Below the pieces are notes generated by a model, which was not told the DNA's origin, ran no database searches, and worked only from the letters and a program-made list of their open reading frames with translations. From Paecilomyces variotii (taxonomy: Eukaryota), in assembly GCA_004022145.1 (NCBI GenBank), contig RCNU01000009.1: a stretch of 64,000 bases of DNA; one strand, 5' to 3'. Positions 54,228 through 64,000 of the stretch are shown piece by piece (within the stretch, counting starts at the first letter, position 1; every line of letters starts with the position of its first letter). The position numbers and the translations under genes are program-made.

Positions 54228-54257
54228 TACTCCGTACTCCGTACTCCGTACTCCGTA
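54228..54257 (+). repeat. (TACTCCG)4 heptamer repeat in the intergenic region
   Basis: Read directly. Confidence 0.9.
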
Positions 54258-55922
54258 GGCCCTAGGGCATCATGTGAAGAAGAAGTCCGTGCAGAAGAGA
54301 GTCGCGTATTTAGCGCATGAAGGTGAGCCTATAGTATCCTCGATATAGTTATAACAAATCATCACTCTGTTCGCACATCATTCCTAATCAAGAAAATGTG
54401 CTTCACGCCGAGGTAAAATGCCGGCGTTTGAGCGGTGCATTTCTAATCTAACTACGTACTCAAGACTTGGGTAGAGATCCCCGCGCCATTGAAAATATCT
54501 ACTTTATAGGGAAGTGTGAACCCGACTTATAATTTGTTTAGAATCTCGGATTTCGCGTGTAAGTGGTATTATGCTAATGCCAGAGGTCTCATCAGAATAA
54601 CAGATGTAGTACTACATGCAAATGATTCTTTTATTCATGAAACATAAGAGCCTAATTCACCTGGCCAGTATTTGTCTATATAATGCCTCCCCAAGAATAG
54701 TAGACTATACTATGAGGTTCAAGGATTTTACCATGTATGTAGAAATGTGAGGCTGAGAATTGTATACTTATCATTGGACAATTAGCGCTGGAGAAGTTCC
54801 GTCTTAGCTCTCAATATTTTATGATTCTTAAAGAAAATGAGTAGGAAGAGAATTCGAAGCAAATGGGGTAAGAACCTGAGAATAGTTTTGTAGGTGTAGT
54901 AGTTAGGCTGTACGTAAAGAGTGCTAAATAAACTACTTCAATAAGATGCCAGTATTAGTAAAAAGGAGTTACTCCCTGCGATGACCGTGTACATTTAGCT
55001 GTAGGCCAGCGAAAAACACTACTTTTGCGACTATATGAAATCAAGACGTCATAACCGTACGACATGAATACGTTTTCGAGACGACAGGTCCGAGCAAAGA
55101 GAGCAATACTCAAGTCTAATAATGCTTTTCGTTGTCATTGGTTCCCATCGAAGGCTTATCCATGGCACTATCTAAAGTCAGGAGCCAGCGGCAGTATGGC
55201 AGCGTTGGTTAGGAGCTCGCGGTTGGTATCCAAAACAATATGCTCACAAGGAGGTGAGAGGATTATAGAATCAGAAGCAATACCGGACTGTGCATAAGAG
55301 CATCCCTGCCTTCTTCTCTCGCTCTCAAGATAAATAGCTGGAGCATCTGGATTGTTGCTGGTGCTGTATACGTAATACTCTCAGTCTAAATGAACATATA
55401 GGCTTCGATGCTTCATGAATAGACCGACTGGAAAGTAGTAGAAGGGCAACCGGGATATATGAAGCAAATTAAAATGAATGTTGACAAGGAAGGCATCTGC
55501 AGCTTATACGTGCAGAACTCATCTCTCGGCATTTTCGGGGCTATGAGCTCGTCTGCAAGCCTACGTGGTCTTCCAGAATGTCTCCCATCTCTGGAGACAG
55601 CCTTCGGGTAAAAGAGGAGAGGCTGAAAGATATAGGATTAAGTGAAAATCTCAAGGAACGAAGTGAGATTTCTGAGCCGGCCATTTCGTGGGAGGCCTCC
55701 GGATACAACGCGCCTTCCTTTTTGGCGCGTCCCCCAGCTCGCTCACAACAAAAAGCCCCTCCCCTTCTCTCACTTTCTCTCCTTCTTCTTCCCTTCCTCA
55801 TCCTCTTCAACCTTCTTCACCACCATCCATCCTTGGAGACTTTCATCAAATCCGCTCGTTCAAAGCTTTATCTTGACTGCCCACTGCTCGTTAAGTTTAT
55901 CTTCTCCCACAACAGCATCAAG

Positions 55923-56809
55923 ATGATGTCCAAGATGAGCTCCAAGATAATTGTGTTGTTTGTCCTCTGGGCCCTTGTGGTCCTTGGACACGGTGACAGT
56001 AAGTCTGCCTACGAGACATAAGAAGTCTTAATGGTCTCGAGTTCTGTATTGAGAGGATCTCGAGAACGAATATCGTTGGTATCTAATCACAACTCACAGA
56101 GCTTCCTCGCGAGGTTGATGCCCTGAAGGGCTATGTCACGAGCCTTGAGGCTCTTGATGGTATGTCCGCCACCAACATATCTTGTCTGCATGAGCTGATA
56201 TCCAGTAGACAACTTGAACCTCCATGATGCGGATGACGCGCCTTACGTTGCCAAGTTCAACCAGCTTTTCGCTCGCGCCGGTAAGTAACTGTGTAGACTT
56301 AAGCTTATTTTTAAATCATTCCTCGACGAAACTTACTGACGCCAGCCTTGACAGAAACTGTCACTACCACTGTGACCGTGGAAGTTTGCTCGTCCGCTCC
56401 TGGAACCACTGCGCAGACTAGCACCACCACTGCGACTATTTCTGAAGTTACGACTTCTTCTGCGCCAGTGATTCCGGTTCCGATTCCTATTCAGACGTCT
56501 TCCATCTCTTCTGGTGGATATAGTTCCAGTGGATATGCACCGATCCCTCCTTATAGTTCTGTGGAGTCTACCTCGACAAGCACTACTTCGGAGCAGACAG
56601 CTTCTTCCAGTCCTGCAGCATCCTCGGTCCCTGCTGCCACGACTTCTGTTGTGGCTTCTAGCGTGTCGGCCACCAAGACTTCGGCGTCCTCGACTTACAC
56701 TCACGCGCCTTATCCATCTGGAACTGCAGTGAGCAACGGTGTTCCCAATGGAGTGCCTAGTGCTATTCTCGGAATGGCCGTGGCAATGATTGCCCTCGTC
56801 ACCCTGTAA
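55923..56809 (+). CDS. Secreted Ser/Thr-rich, probably GPI-anchored cell-surface protein (4 exons)
   Basis: Signal peptide (M)MSKMSSKIIVLFVLWALVVLGHG. Three GT-AG introns (donors 55999, 56160, 56281). S/T-rich body and hydrophobic C-terminus SAILGMAVAMIALVTL. Confidence 0.8.
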
Positions 56810-57169
56810 GCATCATCTAAACAGGTGGACTGAGCTGTCTCGCTACTGTTTCTCCTAGCACTTCATGTAGGGAGAAGGATCTGTGAGTAGCTCGTTGGTC
56901 CATTCTTATCTAACGGTGCATGAGGTATGACTGGCTATGTCTTATGCTTTTATTGAGACGAGGATGTCGCCGGTCGATTTGTATCTTGATAAGAACATGT
57001 TATCAGCTTACTCCGATAATCTTAAAAGAAAGAGAGAAAAAAAAGGTGGAGGAACGTACTTAGTTCTTATGCAGACTGCTGGCCTTTGCCGCAACTAATA
57101 ATGAAAATGTTGCCTTGTGGTAATCTTGCAACTATTCTTTCCTGTCCAATTCGACCACGGAAGTGGCTT

Positions 57170-57178
57170 GTGAGTCAT
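57170..57178. promoter_or_regulatory. CpcA/Gcn4 response element
   Basis: GTGAGTCAT (TGAGTCA consensus) ~300 bp upstream of an amino-acid biosynthesis gene. Confidence 0.65.
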
Positions 57179-57468
57179 CCGAGATCGGCGCTCGGCGACT
57201 CAGCATCGTTTGAAGACAGCATTGGCTCTCTTCAGAGCGGCCACAACTTGCCTAAACTTTTAAAATTATTCGAGATCCTTTCAATTCTAAATTCAAAGCC
57301 TATACATTCAGCTACTCAGGACACCAAGACATCATCTCCGTTGACGTGGCCTGTTCTTCCCGTTTGCAACAGCGGCGAGACCGGACGATCTATCTTCCGG
57401 AGGGGCTGATACCAAAAACTTACCTTCATACGAGGGGCAAAGCCTTTGCAAAGCAACAATTGCGCACC

Positions 57469-59535
57469 ATGGCGAACGAATCTACGGGTAGGGCTCATAC
57501 TGAGTCCCAAATCTATCACTCTACCAGAGGTGGTGACTATGGCGTGAGCTTCCTCCACCTGTGATACGCCCCGACAACATGCTAATGTCTCCAAGCTCTC
57601 GTTCGAGACGGTGGTCCTGAAGGGCCTCGCCGCGGATGGTGGTCTCTTCCTGCCTCACGAAATCCCCACTGCAGTGGACTGGGTACGTGCGAAATGCCAT
57701 ATATCCCGCTATCATATGAGCGCTCGTCGCCGGAGACAACGTTTTAGCCTCCAGAACAGTCTCAATGGATCTAAAGACTGACGACGACCGCAGCGGAGTT
57801 GGAGCGACCTTTCCTACACGGACCTGGCCTTCCAGATTTTCAGCCTTTACATTTCACGCAGCGAGATCCCAGCGGATGACCTGAAAGGCATCATTGATCG
57901 GAGCTACTCGACATTCCGTGCAAAGGATGTTGCGCCGTTGGTTCATCTAAAGGACAACAGCTTGTATCTCCTGGAGCTATTCCACGGTCCCAGCTACTCC
58001 TTCAAAGACTGTACGTTGCGCATGGCTGTGACAATTTCTCAAGCTAACATACTCTAGGCGCCTTGCAATTCCTAGGAAATCTCTTCGAGTATTTTCTCAC
58101 GCGGAAAAACCACGGGAAAGAAGGCAAAGGTGCGTTTAACAAGCAATGTATATGGCTGGATTATGGCAAGGCTATGGGACCTAACCAGCTAGCAGATAGA
58201 CATCATCTGACTGTGGTTGGTGCGACGAGCGGTGATGTGAGCCATCCTCTTTTACTGCCTTGGATCCAACAAAGATATTAACTTGTTTCGCAGACTGGAT
58301 CTGCAGCGATTTACGGTCTCAGAGGCAAGAAAGATGTATCCATATTCATACTGCACCCGAAGGGCCGTGTCAGTCCCATACAAGAGGCGCAAATGACAAC
58401 CTGCTTAGACGCAAACGTCTATAATCTTGCCGTGACAGGGACCTTTGATGATTGTCAGGTATGGATTTAGAATGTCAGAAACGCAGGACTTTGGACTCAC
58501 AATGCAATAGGACATCGTCAAGGCCTTGTTCGGCGACTCTGATACGAACAACGTGTTGAAACTCGGTGCGGTCAACTCGATTAACTTTGCGAGAATCCTC
58601 GCCCAAATCGTCTATTATTTCTATTCGTACTTCTCTCTTGTGAGAACTTCCAATACTTTCAAGCTCGGCGACAAAGTGCGCTTTGTGGTTCCGACTGGAA
58701 ACTTTGTCAGCATCCCCTCTTTCCATTCATTCAGACGCTTAATCTAACAGGCTTGACACAGGGAGATATACTGGCAGGTTATTTTGCGTACCGTATGGGT
58801 CTTCCTGTTGACAAGCTCGTTATTGCAACCAACGAGAATGATATTCTCGATCGATTCTGGAAGACGGGTCGGTATGAGAAGAAGCCGGCTAAAGGCCAGG
58901 AGGCAGAGGGTGGACTCGATGTAGACGGAGCGAAGGCTCACGAAGGTGGCGTGCGGGAAACACTCAGTCCAGCGATGGACATACTGGTCTCCAGCAACTT
59001 TGAGCGACTTCTCTGGTTCTTGGCACACGAATTCGCCAGCACCAGAAGCACAGATGACGAGGCCAGCAATAAACAGGCAGATCAGCAAGTCAGTACTTGG
59101 CTTAGCGACCTGAAAGTAAAGGGCGGTTTTGGCCCCGTCCACAAGGACATTCTCGACAGCGCACACAGGTCATTTGACAGTGAAAGAGTCAGTGACCCGC
59201 AGACTCTCGAGACAATCAAGAACATCTATGACCAGATTGGGTATATCCTGGACCCGCATTCTGCCGTCGGCGTCACGGCTGCCCTTCGATCCCTGCAGCG
59301 CGCTGGCCCAAATATTCCGCATATTTCTCTTTCAACAGCCCATCCGGCTAAGTTCGCCGGTGCCGTCGAGCTGGCTCTCAAGGATAAGGAGGGATTTAAC
59401 TTCGAAAAGGAGGTGTTGCCGGAAGAATTCATCGGCCTTGACAAGAAGGAAAAGCGCGTTATTGCCGTCGAAAACGATTGGCAGGCAGTGAGAGAGCTGG
59501 TCAAAGAGCAAGTTGAGAAGGAAATACAGCTCTAA
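57469..59535 (+). CDS. THR4: Threonine synthase (multi-exon)
   Basis: Motifs YHSTRG, GLAADGGLF, LELFHGPSYSFKDCALQ (PLP lysine), GATSGDTGSAA, AVNSINFARILAQ, VPTGNFGDILAG, TLSPAMDILVSSNFER and STAHPAKF across GT-AG introns. Confidence 0.97.
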
Positions 59536-60305
59536 AACAAACAAACACCATATTCGGGCGAATACGTGTTCTGCTTGCCAGTTTCTGTTGATATTGTGAC
59601 TTGAGTCTTCGGGCCTAGTGAACTTAAAAAAGGTCGGTGGGATAGACTCAGGACTAAAAGCATTCAGTCACACTTCTCTTTCCTCACATCATTTTCTTAC
59701 GATCCATGCATACACCTTGCGCCTGCTGTTGGCAGCAGAAGTCATATGTGCCACCTTCTGGCAGAAGTTTTGTATTTAGTATTCTTGGTGGATGATGCAG
59801 AGTGTAATAAACCCATACCCCGGCGTCAGCGTCGTGGCGGCATTATGAATGGATATTCTCACAGCAACCTCGCCAAATTTTGGAGAAGGAAGCCCCGCAA
59901 ATCATGGCCATAGGTAAGTTATTGTGAATTGATTATATCCAATTCACACTCTTTCCGAATTGACGTCATTGTTTTGGGCCCACTATCCCGAGCCCTTGTT
60001 TAAACCAGCTCAGCTCAGCTTACGAAAAGGGAGAACGATGGGCAGACAAATTGTCAAAATGAAGAGATAGCAAAGGCAAAGTATACAACAGGCATTGTAT
60101 AATGGCCATTCTCGCGTAGGTGGTTGCTGCAGGGAAAGCTTACATGGATGTATTATTATTAGTCTTGTTCTCAACTATTTAACTAAGTTATGGATCTATT
60201 AGTTACACTTCAAAAATAGCATAACCTAATCATTGTTGCCAACAATAGCTAATAATAAGAATTGGGAGAGGCAAAATAAACTTAAGATGAAAAAAAAAGA
60301 CGAAT

Positions 60306-60423
60306 ATATACAAACAGCAGGGATTCGCTGGTGGTCACCCACCCATACTAACCTGCCGGCGTGCGGCTTAAGTACGGCTGAGCGGACGGGAAGCCCTGTT
60401 TTCCACACCCTATGGTCGTATGT
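60306..60423 (-). rRNA. 5S rRNA: Dispersed 5S rRNA gene (variant copy)
   Basis: Minus strand reads ACATACGACCATAGGGTGTGGAAAACAGGGCTTCCCGTCCGCTCAGCCGTACTTAAGCC...GGTGACCACCAGCGAATCCCTGCTGTTTGTATAT, followed by a Pol III T8 terminator at 60298-60291. Confidence 0.95.
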
Positions 60424-61356
60424 GGTTGATATTTATGTGAAAGGATACATATGGACCTTGGTGTTGGGATGGCGCACTTTTGACGGGTTGTGTTGACGTA
60501 TTATTATCATGGGTCTGCATCGGCAAACACTGCTGAAGATACTATACATACAACAGGCCAGTCCATCTTCTCGATTCCAGATGACTCCGCCACATATACG
60601 GGACCTTACTATGAACGAGCCGGACTTTTGCTATAAGTAAGAGTCAGAATACACCTAGGTAGTGTACTCATGGTACAGTTTTCACTGCACCTTAGTTTGC
60701 CGAAGAATAGAGGGATACCGGTTGCTTATGTCCTGGAGATCCCGGGTATAATTTCTAAGCTCGCTTTGGCCCTGAAAGGGAGCTGCAGTATACAAACCCT
60801 AGAAAGTAAAGTATTAGTCAGTGCCCTAGATTGCCTTGCACTTGTAGAGATTAATTACTTAACACAATCGTGTCCCAGATAGTTTTCGACTGCCTCGATC
60901 AGCTCTAAGTATGTCGAGAGCGATGGAGGTTGACGTGTCCATTTTCTTGCGGGAGAGGTCTTCGAACAAGCAACACCGTGGGGTGCTTAAGTTGGACAAT
61001 GCTTCAGTATCAAATTCTATGCTTTTCTTTTTCTTCCTAGATAAGGCGAATGGCTATAATATCAAAAGTGTTTGTATATAGTCAAAGTATCCTGCTGTTC
61101 TCTTTCTAGCCGCCTCAAGGCGGTGGGCGGAGAATCGAGCTTACTCCATTGGGCACACGAAGCTCTCTCCCGCCGTCGGGAGCTTCAGGCCAGGCAGCTT
61201 CTCGCACGCGTCCAACACCTCAGCTCATCACTGCGGCACCGAACCTCTTGGGCCACCTCTCTCTTCCACGATCTAACATCATACTTGAAGAATACCCCAT
61301 TCTGATATATCTTTTCCGTCTTTCTTCCTTTAGTGGTCCAATTTGCCGTCGCCACC

Positions 61357-62415
61357 ATGTCCGGTAAGCGCAGCATGGCCCTGTCGACCATGACTTCATC
61401 GATCACTGACGAATATCATCCGAGCAGGAAGCGCAGGTTACGACAGGCATATTACAATCTTCTCCGACCAAGGCCGTCTGTACCAAGTTGGTCAGTAATA
61501 CCCCGGCCAACGTCTTGTCCAGCGGTAGTCCCGTTAGCGACAGACCCTTCAGCCGTCTATCACTCCCGCGGAGCCCGCTAACACGACGATCTCCATATAG
61601 AATATGCCTTCAAGGCTATCACCGCTGCAAATATCACATCTGTCGGGGTGAGAGGGAAGAACTGTGCCGTGGTCCTGTCTCAGAAGAAGGTCCCTGTAAG
61701 TTGGCAACCTTAGCCGTATATCGTTGCGCCCTTTCTGACAAAGACCGCAGGACAAGTTGATCGATCCTGCTTCTGTGTCGCATATCTTCAAGATTTCTCC
61801 ATCAGTTGGATGTGTCATGACCGGATCCATAGCAGATGCCAGAGCACAGGTCAACCGAGCCCGTGGTGAGGCCGCGGAGTTTCGATACAAGTACGGATAT
61901 GAGATGCCCTGCGATGTCCTCTCCAAGCGACTTGCCAATATCAACCAAGTCTACACACAAAGAGTCTGCAGCCCCCTTATATCGTCACGAAGCTCAACAT
62001 GGATGGCTAACGCATAGACGGTTTTCAGGCTTACATGCGCCCACTGGGAGTTGCCATGACCCTTATTTCGGTGGATTCGGAATTCGGTCCACAGCTGTAC
62101 AAGTGCGATCCAGCTGGATACTACGTAGGCTACAAAGCAACTGCCTCGGGGCCTAAGCAGCAAGAGGCTCTCAACTTCCTGGAAAAGAAGCTGAAGAACA
62201 AGGACTACGCGGAAGGTAGCTGGCAGGATGTGGTGGAGCTGGGTATCACGACCTTGAGTAACGTCCTCAGCGTCGATTTCAAGAAAGGCGAGCTGGAGAT
62301 CGGGATTGTTGGAGGCCCTCGCACCGATGGCCAGGAAGGGACGAGTACGGAGTTCCGGGCACTAACAGAGGATGAGATTGACGAGCGGTTGCAAGCTATC
62401 AGTGAAAAGGACTAG
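61357..62415 (+). CDS. SCL1: 20S proteasome subunit alpha-1 (PSMA6 type), 5 exons
   Basis: [30 protein letters not shown]... [15 protein letters not shown]... [14 protein letters not shown]... [23 protein letters not shown]... [10 protein letters not shown]. Confidence 0.97.
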
Positions 62416-63712
62416 TTAGAACGGGCGTTGATGAGACCGAAGGAGATACGATTTAGCACTCGTGGCCTGGTATGGATTTCGGGTCCCTTGCAGATGTAAT
62501 AAATGACAAGTGATTCTGTGACGTGACTAGCTGGGCTCTCGTTTCGGTCTTCTCTTGGCCTCCGGCTTTCTCATGCCTATTAGTTGGTTGTCGATGCCCC
62601 CGTGCAACAGTCCAGGTGATGTTGAACGTCAGGTGCGCCCGTGTATCAGTGGCAATTTTCGTGTGGTCCAGTAGGCTGGGCAGTGCACTTGCGATTGTTG
62701 GCGCTTCGATTATTAAGGTAGGACAGTATGGATCTCTTTCGTCCCTTGGTCCAGGTAAGCCTCGATCCTAACAACGTCACGGATCTTTTTCACATCTCGG
62801 TTGTGGGGTTTTTCACGCGGGCAACTTGGGACCCTAAATGCAGGGAGAGCTCCAATATCATTGCCGTCTGAGAAGCCCCTAGATCGTTTTTCAACGACCG
62901 GGCCATTGCTCTTTAATCGCGGTGGAGCGACGTTCAGCTTGGTCACTGTCAAGTTGTCAAGGATGCGGCTACCCGCAAGGCTGTAAGTATCTAGCTCCAC
63001 TGCATTCCATGACGCCTTTTTTTTTGCTTGTCGGGTATTCAGAGGCAGCTGGGCCATTATTATTGCTAGAATTGGCGGGCGGCGGAGCAGTTGGCGCACG
63101 GCTGGGGCCGCCCTAAACGGAAGATCGCAAAAATCGAGAGAATCGAGAGAAGGCCCAGGGCATCCACCGTCCGCCCGTGCCCGAAGAAGCCCGTAAAGCT
63201 CTGCGGCGTCTCTTATTCGCAGTCGAATTTCGCAGGGACCTGACGAGCTTCGCCCTGCATGCCACGGATAATCGATCCGTGACGAACCTCACCAGTCTCT
63301 ACTCTCGATTGCCTAGCTTGCCGTTGACGATCCCGTGGCGTTCAGACACTACTATGTCTCCATTAATGTTGCGGATACGCGGGTCTCTTCGAGGAAGTCT
63401 CTTTTATCTAGATCCACCGAGATGGGTAGGAACCTGCTGGGATCTCTTCGTCCGGAAGTTTCAACAGTTATTGGGTGCAGCCAGCCACCTTCTTCAAGAT
63501 GCTCCAATTGACCCTTTCAACAATGTTTTGGTCTTCAGGAGTACCATCCAGAGTCGATATGTGCATGCCCTTATAAGGAATATCTCGTCCTCGGGAATAT
63601 AGATGACAATGATCAGAGGAGGCAGTTTCTGTTGGCTCATACTGTACTTTCCTATTGATTTTCTTTGCATTCGTCCTATCATACATAGAGAGCATCGAGC
63701 TTATCCGGACAC

Positions 63713-64000
63713 ATGGCTGACGGACGTAAGTGTTACTTCTCCATCTAGAAGATCGTAAAACCTTCGCGCCGTACAATATCACTTGACATCGCCTAACATT
63801 GTGGAATATTGTAGTCAACGATGCGCGGGCTGTCAGGGTTGCGGAATTGATCAACGATTACCGCACCCTTCAACTCCATATTTCGCAACAGAGGATGGAA
63901 GTACCGGCGGAAGAACAGCATGAGGAAGGGTTTGCCGTTATGAGGGAGTGTCTCGATGCTGCCCAACGACTGTTATCGTCTCAATATAATTTGGCATCCA
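63713..64000 (+). CDS. Conserved fungal hypothetical protein, 5' part (runs off the window)
   Basis: ATGGCTGACGGAC|GTAAGT intron with CTAAC branch point ...TAG|, exon 2 from 63815. Translation MADGLNDARAVRVAELINDYRTLQLHISQQ... open to the window end. Confidence 0.7.

Noticed and set aside
60226-60496. ORFs of 60 and 87 aa
   Set aside because: They overlap the 5S rRNA gene and are spurious.
61964-62028. Weak GTCTGC splice donor in the proteasome gene
   Set aside because: It is still a GT-AG intron with a GCTAAC branch point, and it restores the conserved TQRAYMRP sequence, so it is not anomalous.
62523-63682. Several 60-140 aa ORFs on both strands
   Set aside because: Non-ATG starts or no protein-like features; likely 3' UTR and promoter/5' UTR of the flanking genes.

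Overview
Filamentous ascomycete DNA; the 5S rRNA sequence, intron style and gene content look Eurotiomycete-like. The window has two sharply separated compartments. Bases 1 to ~46,400 are an extremely AT-rich block with no ORFs, and its CpA/TpG depletion and TpA excess indicate heavy RIP mutation. Mentally reversing the C>T/G>A changes shows nested Ty3/Gypsy elements, including one full-length copy with LTRs and TSD. It also shows a hAT-like transposase relic and a TA-flanked MITE whose TIR was amplified into a satellite. In the first ~15 kb lies the relic of a large multi-gene element marked by two recurring palindromes. This relic carries a DUF3723/ParB-like gene and a tandem array built from a captured piece of ribosomal protein S14 (uS11) coding sequence. 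Bases ~46,400-64,000 are ordinary gene-rich euchromatin with: a secreted bicupin oxalate decarboxylase/oxidase, a divergent secreted SBP56/methanethiol-oxidase-like beta-propeller, an FAD oxidoreductase, a GPI-type Ser/Thr-rich protein, threonine synthase, a dispersed 5S rRNA gene, proteasome alpha-1 and the start of a conserved hypothetical gene. All 'de-RIPped' translations were done by eye and need computational confirmation.
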